A stretch of 54,058 nucleotides of DNA from Candidatus Pacearchaeota archaeon (GCA_042218235.1 JBDGRI010000023.1:1-54058), one strand, 5' to 3'. Shown: positions 1 through 8,744, counted from the stretch's first letter. Made by a program: numbers and translations. The notes: generated by a model not told the origin, from the letters alone.

Positions 1-20
1 GGTATAAAAAGTTAATTTTC

Positions 21-36
21 AAAAGATATTTAAATA
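21..36 (+). promoter_or_regulatory. BRE/TATA-like promoter box (AAAAGATATTTAAAT)
   Basis: A/T box about 23 nt upstream of the ATG at 59. The same AAAGAT(N)TTTAWA pattern recurs upstream of other genes in the window. Confidence 0.45.
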
Positions 37-58
37 AGAATTTGCTTAATAGTATGAT

Positions 59-724
59 ATGGCACAAAAAGTTAAGCTTTTGGCAAAGAGGTTTGTTACT
101 CATGATACGAGCCAGTTTATTTTTGAGAAACCTGAAGATTTTGATTTAGAACCCGGTTTGGCTGCCGAAATTTCTGTTAATAAAGAAGGTTGGGAAGAGG
201 AGAAAAGGCCTTTCACGTTTACTTCTTTAGAAGAGGATGGCGTTTTGGAATTTACAATTAAAGAATACCCTGACCATGATGGTGTTACTCAAAAACTTCA
301 TTCTTTAAATCCCGGAGAAGAGATTTTGATTCACGATACTTTCCAGACTTTCCCATACAAAGGAGAAGGAGTTTTTATTGCTGGTGGGGCAGGAGTTACC
401 CCCTTTGTTGCTATTCTTAGAGATTTGGCTAAGAAAGGAGAGTTAGGAAATAACTGCTTGGTTTTTGCAAATAAAGAGCATAGAGATATAATCTTGGAAC
501 GTGAGTTGAAAGAAATTTTAGGAGAAAATTGTGTTTTTACTTTGAGCCGTGAAGAGGTTTCAGGCTATGAAAACGGGCATGTTGATAAAGAGTTCTTGGA
601 AAATAAGGTAGGAAATCTGGACGATAAAAAGTTTTACATTTGCGGACCTCCTAAAATGGTTGATTCGTTAAAAGAAGAAGTTTCTCAGATTAAAGATAAT
701 TCAGAGGATATTGTTTTTGAGTGA
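59..724 (+). CDS. FNR-like FAD/NAD(P)-binding oxidoreductase
   Basis: 221-aa ORF with RPFTFTS (RxYS FAD site), GGAGVTPF (GGxGxxP) and YICGPPKM (CGPxxM) motifs. It ends in TGA. Confidence 0.7.
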   Translation: MAQKVKLLAKRFVTHDTSQFIFEKPEDFDLEPGLAAEISVNKEGWEEEKRPFTFTSLEEDGVLEFTIKEYPDHDGVTQKLHSLNPGEEILIHDTFQTFPYKGEGVFIAGGAGVTPFVAILRDLAKKGELGNNCLVFANKEHRDIILERELKEILGENCVFTLSREEVSGYENGHVDKEFLENKVGNLDDKKFYICGPPKMVDSLKEEVSQIKDNSEDIVFE

Positions 725-725
725 G

Positions 726-1538
726 TTAATTGTCTTTGTTTAGATTTTGTTCGTATTTGTATATGCTCTTTAATTTTGTTCCCTCTCCTAAACCTTCATA
801 GCATCTTTTTATTTTAGATATTCGGTTTTTCGCCGGAATGGCTCCAAAACTGTTCAGATATCCTTTGTGTACCTTTCCCAACTCAAATGCTTTGTATGCA
901 AGTTTCAGTGATTCTTGGCGTTTTTTGTATTCCATGCCTTCGGAACAACTTCTGAGCCGGTCTCCTGTTTCTACTAGAGTTGATAAGTCATTAGCAATGC
1001 TGTAGTTTTCTACCGATTTTTCAATATTTTTTCTTACGGACTTATTATCTAAATTTAGTTTTTTTATTTCGTCGGTTGCTTCTTCGTATTCGTTTTTCTT
1101 TTCTATGTCAAAAAGAGTTTTTCCAGTCAAATAGAAGTCTCCTAGAATTTTCATGCCTTTTTTATTTGTAGTGTTTTCTAATAGCTTATAGGCTTTGTTT
1201 TTTAGTTTCTTTTTATTGTTTCCTTTTTCTTCGACAGACATACTTAAGTAAATTCCTCCCAGGACTTCTTTTACCGAATCTTTTGTTTTTTGGCTTGTTA
1301 ATTTAGGATGTTTTTTCATACCTTCTTTTATGTATTCCAGATAATTTGCTCTTGCTTTATCGGAGATATTATCATAATCCGGCAATTTCTCATAAACCTC
1401 CTTTCTGCTCATGCCTTCCATGCTTTTTTCAATTTCTTCCGGTGTAGGTCCAACTAAGTCTGCTTCTGCAAGTTCTCTTTCTATCCTTGCCATTTGCTCT
1501 TCTTTTGTTTCTTTCTTTTGAGTTTTTCTCTCTGTCAT
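726..1538 (-). CDS. hypothetical Lys/Glu-rich protein
   Basis: 270-aa uninterrupted ORF with no recognisable motif. Confidence 0.5.
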   Translation of the reverse strand: MTERKTQKKETKEEQMARIERELAEADLVGPTPEEIEKSMEGMSRKEVYEKLPDYDNISDKARANYLEYIKEGMKKHPKLTSQKTKDSVKEVLGGIYLSMSVEEKGNNKKKLKNKAYKLLENTTNKKGMKILGDFYLTGKTLFDIEKKNEYEEATDEIKKLNLDNKSVRKNIEKSVENYSIANDLSTLVETGDRLRSCSEGMEYKKRQESLKLAYKAFELGKVHKGYLNSFGAIPAKNRISKIKRCYEGLGEGTKLKSIYKYEQNLNKDN

Positions 1539-1557
1539 TTTTTGGTTTTTTGATTGT

Positions 1558-2319
1558 TTAATTGTCTGTTTTGAGATTTTCCTTTAGAGACTTCTCTAAA
1601 GCATTTATTTTTGCTTTCTTTATGGGTTCAAATTGTTCTTTTGTTGCATAGTTGTTTATGAAAGTTGAATTTCCTAGTCCGTAGACACCTTTCCCATTCA
1701 ATTTTCTAATTCCACTCATGTCGCAATTTTCGAATTTAGCGCCTTCTTCTCCAAAATCAACAACTTCTCCAAAATATGCTGGAAGGAACTCGTCGTCTTT
1801 AAAAGTAGAATTGCCTAGATAAGAATCACAAAATGAGCAATCATGATAGTCATTGAGTCGAGATTTTAATCCCCTCATGTTCCTCGATTCAAGACTTACA
1901 TTGAAAAATTTTGACGATATTATATCAGAATTCTCCATACTGGTTCTTTCCGGAGGATTTTTTATACTCCCTATTCTAGACATATCGCCCCAAAAATTAC
2001 AGCGACTCGCCAAAACACTATATATAATACATCCTTTAAGAGACGCTTTATGAAAGTCGTTTTTATACATTTCGGAATTAAACATCTTCATTCCATTTAA
2101 GTACATACCGCTCCAATCAAAATGATAGATTCTAGAGTTGCTAATTTGGATAGGATTTTCTGAGTTCTTCAGTTTTTCTTGAAGTTCTTCGAATCCTTCG
2201 TGTTCGTTTACTTTGAAATCTTCTTCCAGCTTTATGTTATCAAATTCTCTTTCTCCATCTATGAGTTTTTTAACGAACTCATTTCCCGGCATGTAAATTT
2301 TTCTCTCTGCCATTTTCAC
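1558..2319 (-). CDS. hypothetical protein, possibly pentapeptide-repeat-like
   Basis: 253-aa ORF. The central and C-terminal parts show a loose 5-residue periodicity (e.g. KASLKGCIIYSVLASRCNFWGDMS). Confidence 0.4.
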   Translation of the reverse strand: MKMAERKIYMPGNEFVKKLIDGEREFDNIKLEEDFKVNEHEGFEELQEKLKNSENPIQISNSRIYHFDWSGMYLNGMKMFNSEMYKNDFHKASLKGCIIYSVLASRCNFWGDMSRIGSIKNPPERTSMENSDIISSKFFNVSLESRNMRGLKSRLNDYHDCSFCDSYLGNSTFKDDEFLPAYFGEVVDFGEEGAKFENCDMSGIRKLNGKGVYGLGNSTFINNYATKEQFEPIKKAKINALEKSLKENLKTDN

Positions 2320-2404
2320 TTTGTTTTTTGTTGTATTTATTTAGTGATGAAACCAGATATCCGTAATTTATAAATTTTTGTTGTCAAAATTTTACGACAT
2401 TTAG

Positions 2405-2418
2405 AAAAAATTTAAATA
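2405..2418 (+). promoter_or_regulatory. BRE/TATA-like promoter box
   Basis: AAAAAATTTAAATA lies 22-30 nt upstream of the ATG at 2440. This suggests the real start is that ATG, not the TTG at 2425. Confidence 0.4.
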
Positions 2419-2424
2419 CCGCTT

Positions 2425-3180
2425 TTGAATTTTGAAGTTATGGAAATTATTAAGGCTTTGAAGAAATTTGGGCTTTCGGATAAAGAGGCTGAAACTTATA
2501 TTGCGTGTTTGAATTTAGGAACTGCTAAAGCCAGCGTAATTTCTTTGAAAAGCAATATTCCAAGGACTTTAACTTATGATATTTTGGAAAGGCTTATTGA
2601 ATCCGGATTGGTTTCTTATTCGATTAAGGGAGGCAAGAAGTATTTTAGCGCTAATTCTCCTAAAGAGTTGAAAAGAATTTTGGAGGAAAAGGAAGAAGCA
2701 GTGGATTCTGTTTTGCCTGAATTAGAGAAGCTTCAGAAAGAAAAAGAGTCTAAAAAGCCGATTGTAGAGATTTATGAAGGAATTGAAGGAATGAAAACTG
2801 TTATGGACAATATTTTACGTTCCGGAGTTAGTGATTTTTATGCTTATGGAAGTTCGAGGTCGTCTTATTAAGTTATGCCTGCTTTTATGGACGATTGGCA
2901 CAAGAGAAGAGTTAAACAAAAAGTTAGTATGAACATTCTTTACAATAATACAAAGCAGACGCGGGAGAAAATTAAGATGTCTAAAAGCTTGAAATATACT
3001 AAGTTTGCTTTAATTCCTATAGAACTTGAATCTCCGACAGCCACAGTAATTTATGGCGATAAAGTTGTTTTCCAGTCATGGACTAAAGAACCTTTTGCAG
3101 TTATGATTAAAAGTGAGGAAATGGCCGAGAATCAAAAAAGGTATTTTAAACAATTGTGGAAAATTTCAAAGAAGCCTTAG
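2425..3180 (+). pseudogene. TrmB-family transcriptional regulator interrupted by one in-frame TAA (2869..2871)
   Basis: ORFs 2425..2871 and 2875..3180 are in the same frame and separated only by a TAA codon. The N-terminal part has a TrmB wHTH (SDKEAETYIACLNLGTAKASVISLKSNIPRTLTYDILERLIESGLV). The second part is the usual TrmB C-terminal domain. Confidence 0.65.
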
Positions 3181-3200
3181 TCTGTTTTTGAGTGATTAAA

Positions 3201-4030
3201 CTATCTTTGTGTTAATGTGTATTTTGTCTTGAAGTCTACGTTTTCTCCTCTTGAGTTTGTGCTTCCCGGCCTGAGTGCTTCGAATCCCATTTCTTTCGGC
3301 ATTTTGTTTCTTGCAGGGTCTTCGTATTGCATAATGCCCTTTGAAGATAGGTAGAACGTGTCATTTCCGTTGGTTATAAATGGGCTATAGTCTCCGTTGT
3401 TGTTATAATTTAGGTTTTTTAGTTCTTTAGGGACTTCTCCTCCCCTTATGTTGCCGATTTCCATTTTTCCATTTTCAAATTCGACTCTTACATCCCCATA
3501 AAATTTTCCTGAGGAGTCTCTTAGGTAATCGTCCTCACTTCCGATTGTTTTTTGTAAGTTTTTTGGCTTATTCCTATTACTGTAGCAGTCTTTTGTTTTT
3601 TCTAGCTGTACCGCTTTTTCTATTCTCCCTCCGGCACAGGATTTTAGGCCTATGTTTGGACCGTTTTCGGAAACTAGTTTTTCTTCCTGAGGATTGTATT
3701 CTAGCTCTATTGATTTTGTGTCCTTTGGGACTATTAGACTCCTCTTCTGTTTGTGTAGAAATCTGCTATTGTTGCACTTTTTGCGTTTTCTCCGAATGTT
3801 ATCCTGCTGTCTTCCTGGAATCTGCAAGTGTCAAAGGCATATGAAGCATAAGAACTTCCGCCTATTTTTTCGGCTATTTCTTCCTTCCTTTCTTTTATCT
3901 CTTCTTTACTTAGCTTCTCGTCTTTCTTGGGGCTTCCATAGTCTGGCTTTTCGCATCCTGAAAATGCTGCAGCTCCAGCTAGTAATGCTATTCCTCCTAT
4001 AGTTTTTAGATGGCTTGTCAAGTTTTTCAT
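3201..4030 (-). pseudogene. putative lipoprotein split by a possible 1-nt frameshift
   Basis: The 98-aa ORF 3734..4030 has a signal peptide and lipobox (LLAGAAAFSGC). It overlaps the 208-aa ORF 3201..3827 in another frame. The total span is not a multiple of 3, and the shift point lies near ACAAACAGAAGAGG. Confidence 0.35.
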
Positions 4031-4138
4031 TATATTAGTTTCTTGTAAAAGGGCTTTTTAAACTTTTCGTTATGTTGTAACTTTTTGGTTATTACAATCT
4101 TCAGATAGATTTATTAAAGAAATTTTTTTGTTTGGGTT

Positions 4139-4456
4139 ATGGATATAAATAAAGAGAATTTGGATAAGGCCTTAAGTTCTGCTGATAGTCAAGGCCAAAG
4201 TGGTCAAGGGCAACCTCAGGGTGCTAATGGGCGAGGTCAAGGCGGACAGGAGCAGAACATGTCTCAGGAAGAAGAGGCAGGCTTCCATAAAGGGGCTTTG
4301 AACACTCTTGTTAATGAAAGAAACGAGCTTTTGAAGATGGCCCAAAATGTCGAGACAGTTATGCAACAGCACATTAAGAGACTTCAGGAACTAGGCGTTA
4401 ATGTTCAGGGATCTGAAGGCCAAGGTAATCAGCAAGGTCAAGGACGGCAACAATAG
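4139..4456 (+). CDS. hypothetical Gln/Gly-rich small protein with a central helical segment
   Basis: 105-aa ORF with QGQ/GQG low-complexity at both ends. Confidence 0.45.
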   Translation: MDINKENLDKALSSADSQGQSGQGQPQGANGRGQGGQEQNMSQEEEAGFHKGALNTLVNERNELLKMAQNVETVMQQHIKRLQELGVNVQGSEGQGNQQGQGRQQ

Positions 4457-4593
4457 TTATCCCTTAAGTTTTTTATACTATGATTTTTTCTGAATAACTT
4501 TTTAAAACCGATTTTACTATTTTGAGTTGTCGTTCTTGTAGGGTCGGCGGTCGGAAAAAGCCGATCTTAGGAAAAAACGGCGTTTTTTCATAG

Positions 4594-4688
4594 GCGGGGA
4601 TGTCGGCAAAAAATCGGAAGATTTTTAGCTATTGCGTATTTTTTCGCCATACTCAAAAATCCACAATAGAGTGTAAACACTCCATTAA
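4594..4688 (+). repeat. stable-RNA-associated mini-element, copy A (13-nt tRNA-Leu 5' copy + conserved element + spacer)
   Basis: GCGGGGATGTCGG (4594..4606) matches 12 of 13 nt of tRNA-Leu positions 1-13. It is followed by CAAAAAATCGGAAGATTTTTAGCTATTGCGTATTTTTTCGCCATACTCAAAAATCCACAATAGAG (4607..4671). Near-identical blocks occur at 43145.. and 8613... Confidence 0.7.
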
Positions 4689-4772
4689 GCGGGGATGCCG
4701 GAGTGGTCAAACGGGCAAGACTTAAGATCTTGTGGCTTAGTGCCTTCGGGGGTTCGAATCCTCCTCCCCGCA
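4689..4772 (+). tRNA. tRNA-Leu (anticodon UAA)
   Basis: 84-nt cloverleaf folded by eye. Acceptor stem is GCGGGGA/UCCCCGC and the anticodon stem is CAAGA/UCUUG with loop CUUAAGA. It has a long variable arm (GGCUUAGUGCC), T-arm GGGGG-UUCGAAU-CCUCC and discriminator A. Confidence 0.9.
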
Positions 4773-5017
4773 TTGATTCGAAACTTTGGGTTTATGGAAT
4801 TTTGCAAATTCAGGCAAATGTTTCCATGCGCAACAGAGTGAGCACTTTCAAAACGGAAGTTTTGATTTATTTTGGATTTTGGAGCGAAGCGAGAAAATAC
4901 GAGATAGTTAGAGGCTTTAGGTCTCTTACCGAATACTCTCCCCGTATCGATAAATTATGCATTAGTGCCTTAATCAGATTTGTTAAGAAATGGGTTAAAG
5001 GCTCCTTTTATATCGTA

Positions 5018-6025
5018 TCATTCGTTTCTAAATAATTCAGAAATGGATTCTCCAGTGTGGTTCCTATAGATTGCTTCTCCAAATAAAGGAGATAAGTCGA
5101 CAACATCGACATTTGTGTTGTTTTGGTAATGAGTGTTACTTGTTATAACAGCATCAAACTTATTGTATAGGTCTTCTGTTCCCTTTGTAAAAATTCCATG
5201 TGTCCCGTAACAAAAGACTTTGTTAGCACCATTTTCTTTTAATACATCGGCTGCCTTGGATTGTGTTCCTCCGGAGTCAATTATGTCATCAACAACGAGG
5301 ACATTTTTGTTATTCACATCTCCAATTAGGTCCATTTCCCCCACTTTTCCGGCTTCGTACCTATTTTTGTCCATAATAGCAAAAGAGTAATTATGAGATT
5401 CGGAGTCTTTTTTGTTTGCATTTTTTAATTTTTCCAAAAAAGTTTTCGCCCTATCTGCACCCCCTGCATCAGGAGAGACTACAACTAGATTCTCTAAACC
5501 TTTATAGTAATTATCTCTTAGATAATCGACCACGTAAGGGAAACTTTGTAGGCTATCGATTGGAATTTTTGCAGGGTATGATCCTTGTATTTGTTCAGCA
5601 TGCATATCAACTGTAAGAAGTCGGTCCATGTATGGAATTATGGAGTTTGCAAGTACTCTAGAAGAGATTGGTACGCGAGGCTTGTCTTTCCTATCTTTTC
5701 TTCCATAAAGAAGGTTCGGTAAAACAAAGTTTGAATTGTTGGTCGAGGAATTGTTCAAAAGATCTCCCATGAGCATTAATTCAATCCACCAATCTTGAGG
5801 ATTCTTGTTTGAGTCCTGTACAAAATAGACATTCCTCTGTCTTAGATTCTCAGGAACGTGCATATCTATTTCTCCGCTCCTGAACTTGTTTATTTGGACT
5901 TCGTTAAGTGGCATATCGAAATCCTTTTCTTTCTTCAGATAGTTTTGAATTTCTCTAGCAAAATTCCACCCATCAGAGTGCTTGTCTGCCAACAACATAA
6001 CTTCCCTGTCTAAACCCTTTTCCAT
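5018..6025 (-). CDS. prs: ribose-phosphate pyrophosphokinase (PRPP synthetase)
   Basis: 335 aa with VVSPDAGGADRAK and the PRPP-binding loop VLVVDDIIDSGGT. Confidence 0.8.
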   Translation of the reverse strand: MEKGLDREVMLLADKHSDGWNFAREIQNYLKKEKDFDMPLNEVQINKFRSGEIDMHVPENLRQRNVYFVQDSNKNPQDWWIELMLMGDLLNNSSTNNSNFVLPNLLYGRKDRKDKPRVPISSRVLANSIIPYMDRLLTVDMHAEQIQGSYPAKIPIDSLQSFPYVVDYLRDNYYKGLENLVVVSPDAGGADRAKTFLEKLKNANKKDSESHNYSFAIMDKNRYEAGKVGEMDLIGDVNNKNVLVVDDIIDSGGTQSKAADVLKENGANKVFCYGTHGIFTKGTEDLYNKFDAVITSNTHYQNNTNVDVVDLSPLFGEAIYRNHTGESISELFRNE

Positions 6026-6075
6026 AAAGAAGTGATTGAAAATTTATTTATAATAATTTCTATAATATTTTTCAA

Positions 6076-6867
6076 ATGAAATCAAGAAAAATTTGGTGGT
6101 TGATTGCAATCTTGGCTTTAGTTCTTTTTGTGTTAAATTATTCTTATTTGGACTCGCAACTTAAAGATTATCTGAACGATCGTAAAAGAGTTAATGTCAC
6201 TCGTGTTATTGACGGTGATACAATTGAGTTAAACGGAAGCAAAGACGTTAGGCTTTTAGGGGTAGATACTCCTGAGAGAGGTGAAAAGTTTTATGATGAA
6301 GCTTCGCGCTTTTTGGAAAATCGCATTGAGGGAAAGAAAGTTACTTTAGAGTTTGGGCCCGAAAAGAAAGGTTCTTATGGGAGGATTTTGGCTTATGTTA
6401 AGTTTAAAGGAGAAAACATTAATTTAGATTTAGTTAGAGAGGGTTACGCTAACCCTTATTTCCCTGGAGGAAGAGGGATGCATTATGGAGATTTTGTAAA
6501 GGCCTGGAAAAGTTGTTTGAGTAAAGGAGTTAGGCTTTGTGAAAAGTCCGATGATGTTTGTTCCAAATGCATTGAATTGGCAAAGTTTGACCACGAAAAT
6601 GAAAGGGTTGTTTTTAAGAACACTTGTTCCAAAACTTGTTCTTTGAATGGTTGGAGAATAGAAGATGAAGGCGGCAAGAAATTTGTTTTTGAAAATTTGG
6701 TTTTGGATTCCGGTGAGAAAGTTGCGGTTGTTTCGGGCAATGGAACTTATTCAGGTTCCGGAAAGTTGGTAGAATGGAGAGAGCATGATTATGTTTGGAC
6801 TTATACAGGAGATACTTTGTTTTTACGGGACGCCGAAGGCGATTTGGTTTTGTGGGAGAGTTATTGA
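6076..6867 (+). CDS. membrane-anchored staphylococcal-nuclease-like thermonuclease with a C-terminal lamin-tail-like domain
   Basis: N-terminal TM segment, then an SNase core (VIDGDTIEL...RLLGVDTPE...YGRILAYV) and a Cys-rich/LTD-like tail (GWRIEDEGGKKFVF). Confidence 0.7.
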   Translation: MKSRKIWWLIAILALVLFVLNYSYLDSQLKDYLNDRKRVNVTRVIDGDTIELNGSKDVRLLGVDTPERGEKFYDEASRFLENRIEGKKVTLEFGPEKKGSYGRILAYVKFKGENINLDLVREGYANPYFPGGRGMHYGDFVKAWKSCLSKGVRLCEKSDDVCSKCIELAKFDHENERVVFKNTCSKTCSLNGWRIEDEGGKKFVFENLVLDSGEKVAVVSGNGTYSGSGKLVEWREHDYVWTYTGDTLFLRDAEGDLVLWESY

Positions 6868-7190
6868 ATAAGGTTTATTCCTTCTTTTGAAGCTTTTTGG
6901 ACTATTCCTATCCTTTTTTTCAGTTTCTCAAATTCTTTTGGAGTATAACAAATTATGTCTAAATCTTGTTTTTTGTCCCACATTCCGTATGCTTTAGAAA
7001 TTCTTTCTCTGAAGCCCATTCCTTCAAATTTTTCAGAGATTACTATTATGTCAAAATCGCTGTTTTTCAAGTTGTCTTTTCTTGCCCTGCTTCCGAATAA
7101 GAGTATTTTTTCTGGTGAAAATTTTCTTTTTAGGAAATTTAGGTGGCTTTTTAGTTCTTTTATTGTTTCTTTACTTGGTTTTCTATCCAT
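6861..7190 (-). CDS. minimal nucleotidyltransferase (MNT-type antitoxin-like)
   Basis: 109 aa with the LFGSRARKDNLKNSDFDIIVIS motif (GSxxxG...DxD). It overlaps the upstream HEPN gene by 31 nt. Confidence 0.7.
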   Translation of the reverse strand: MDRKPSKETIKELKSHLNFLKRKFSPEKILLFGSRARKDNLKNSDFDIIVISEKFEGMGFRERISKAYGMWDKKQDLDIICYTPKEFEKLKKRIGIVQKASKEGINLIQ

Positions 7191-7546
7191 TTTAATAGTT
7201 CCTCGAGTTCATTTATATATTTTTCAACTTTGTCTTTGTGGTATAGTTTGTAGGGAGTTTCTCCTGCAGCATCCGGATAGCGAGTTGTTATGAATTCAGG
7301 AGTTAAGTCGCTTAGAATTTGAAAGTATTTTTTTGGAACTTTAGTTTCCTTTGCAAGATAAATTAGAGAGTGTGTTTGTCCAGGAGATTCCGCTCTTTTT
7401 TCTATGTATAGTGCCTTTAATGCTTTTTCTGCGGATTGTTGGCATAAAAAAGCCGATACGTAATATTCTTTTATCTTGATATTCTTTTTCGCAGCTTCAA
7501 TATCCTTTTTAGATTGCTCAAGAAATATTTTTGATTCTTCCCTCAT
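7160..7546 (-). CDS. HEPN domain protein (toxin-like partner of MNT)
   Basis: 128-aa helical protein with a C-terminal TTRYPD motif typical of HEPN. It forms an operon with the MNT gene. Confidence 0.65.
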   Translation of the reverse strand: MREESKIFLEQSKKDIEAAKKNIKIKEYYVSAFLCQQSAEKALKALYIEKRAESPGQTHSLIYLAKETKVPKKYFQILSDLTPEFITTRYPDAAGETPYKLYHKDKVEKYINELEELLKWIENQVKKQ

Positions 7547-7623
7547 ATAACAATTTTGTTTTTTGTGTATAAAAATGTTTTTGGATAATTGTTAGTGTTG
7601 TTATTTCTGAGTTTCAAATTACC

Positions 7624-7637
7624 AAAAGATTTATAAA
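7624..7637 (+). promoter_or_regulatory. BRE/TATA-like promoter box (AAAAGATTTATAAA)
   Basis: 22-29 nt upstream of the ATG at 7659. The context ATTACCAAAAGATTT is shared with the box at 9473. Confidence 0.5.
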
Positions 7638-7658
7638 TTGTTAGAGATCAGTTTTGAT

Positions 7659-8234
7659 ATGGTTAGCTTAGACGATTTCACACAGGATTTGAAGGAGTTT
7701 GGTAATAAGGCATGGGAAGGTACAAAGAAGAATTTTGTCTTTCCTGCTTTGTTTGCTACTAGTTTGATTGGATTTTCTGGGTGTCAGAATCAAGACCTCC
7801 AGTACAATGAAAATGCTGAGAGGGTGGCCGAAGACTTTAAGGATTTTTTAGAAAGTAAAGAGGGTGGCTATAGGTTTAATGAAGATAATAAAGACGGAGT
7901 TTCATTATCCGTAGATGCTAGCCTTCGAGAGGGGGATATTGTTTTTAAATCAAAGATTTCTCTGCATGGAAAATACGATATTTATCTTTCCTATATTGAT
8001 GTTCAAGGTAATGGCTTTAACGGAAGCGGTTCTTCATGGTACAATTTAAGTAGTAATTCCGATACTTATCGTTTCGAAAGTCCTTCTGTAAAAATGCTTG
8101 GTAAGAGAAGCCATATGGATACAGATTCTTATAAAAATGTGCAAGAGGATTACGTTACTCTTATGAAAGTAACCATGTCTAATGCTGACTATAGTTCTTA
8201 TAATACTGGACTTGATGATCTAAGTCTTGATTAG
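7659..8234 (+). CDS. hypothetical lipoprotein
   Basis: The track ORF starts at TTG 7638, but ATG 7659 fits the promoter spacing. It has a signal peptide with a lipobox (LIGFSGC). Confidence 0.55.
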   Translation: MVSLDDFTQDLKEFGNKAWEGTKKNFVFPALFATSLIGFSGCQNQDLQYNENAERVAEDFKDFLESKEGGYRFNEDNKDGVSLSVDASLREGDIVFKSKISLHGKYDIYLSYIDVQGNGFNGSGSSWYNLSSNSDTYRFESPSVKMLGKRSHMDTDSYKNVQEDYVTLMKVTMSNADYSSYNTGLDDLSLD

Positions 8235-8269
8235 CAAAAAGTCTTTTAAGCGGTATTTGTTCTCTTATG

Positions 8270-8533
8270 CTGTAGGCCAGACCGGCGTGCTAGCCCTACG
8301 CTGTCCGCAAATGGGCTATATGGCGGGTCGCAAAGGGAGGCGTGATAAGTCTGCTAGGAAACCCCTTTCCTCTTGTCGACGTCCTGTCTGCCTTGATGCC
8401 ACTTATGTGAACCGGGTCAGACCTTGATCGGAGCAGCCCTAAGCATATGTTGGCATGTTTGGCAGGTCGCAGGAAAGAGAGAGGTTTGGGACCACTTCCT
8501 GGCAGACTTTGAGCAACTCCCCTGGCCTGCTTT
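8270..8533 (+). ncRNA. ffs: signal recognition particle RNA (archaeal 7S/SRP RNA)
   Basis: GC-rich island in AT-rich DNA. A terminal helix pairs GUAGGCCAG (8272..8280) with CUGGCCUGC (8522..8530). A helix-5 segment pairs AAGUCUGCUAGG with CCUGGCAGACUU. Alu-domain loops are complementary (UAGCCC/GGGCUA). A helix-8-like motif reads GGGUCAGACC...GGAGCAGCCC. A TATA-like CTTTTAAG lies about 24 nt upstream. End coordinates are approximate. Confidence 0.75.
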
Positions 8534-8612
8534 GATTTTCCGCTTCTGTATTTGGAAAAGCGAAGTAGTAGGCTGAAATTTTAATTTCTGGCTCTACGCT
8601 TTGGAGTTGCTG

Positions 8613-8744
8613 ACAAAAAATCGAAGATTTTTAGCTAATGCGCATTTTTTCATTTCATTCAGAAAATCACATAGGCCTGGAAATATCATGAGTATTTCAG
8701 CCCATTTCGCCTTTTTTCGTTAAACTCAAAAAGTCAAAATGGAG
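8613..8744 (+). repeat. stable-RNA-associated mini-element, copy C (downstream of SRP RNA)
   Basis: ACAAAAAATCGAAGATTTTTAGCTAATGCGCATTTTTTC... is shared with copies A and B. It contains two tandem half-units, ending ...AAAATCACATAG and ...AAAAGTCAAAATGGAG. Confidence 0.65.

Noticed and set aside
726-1590. Shared 3' ends of two adjacent minus-strand genes (TTAATTGTCT..T.AGATTTT; C-termini NLNKDN and NLKTDN)
   Set aside because: Only about 20 of 23 nt are similar, and the rest of the proteins show no similarity. This is too short to distinguish from chance in AT-rich DNA.
4588-5035. ORFs 4588..4773 (-) and 4703..5035 (+)
   Set aside because: Both run through tRNA-Leu and the repeat element, and the peptides are low-quality. 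They are spurious.
8227-8427. 66-aa ORF in the track (MISKKSFKRYLFSYAVGQTGVLALRCPQ...)
   Set aside because: It lies over the GC-rich SRP RNA. Its Arg/Cys/Pro-rich composition is what a structured RNA gives on translation, and it has no promoter or SD of its own.
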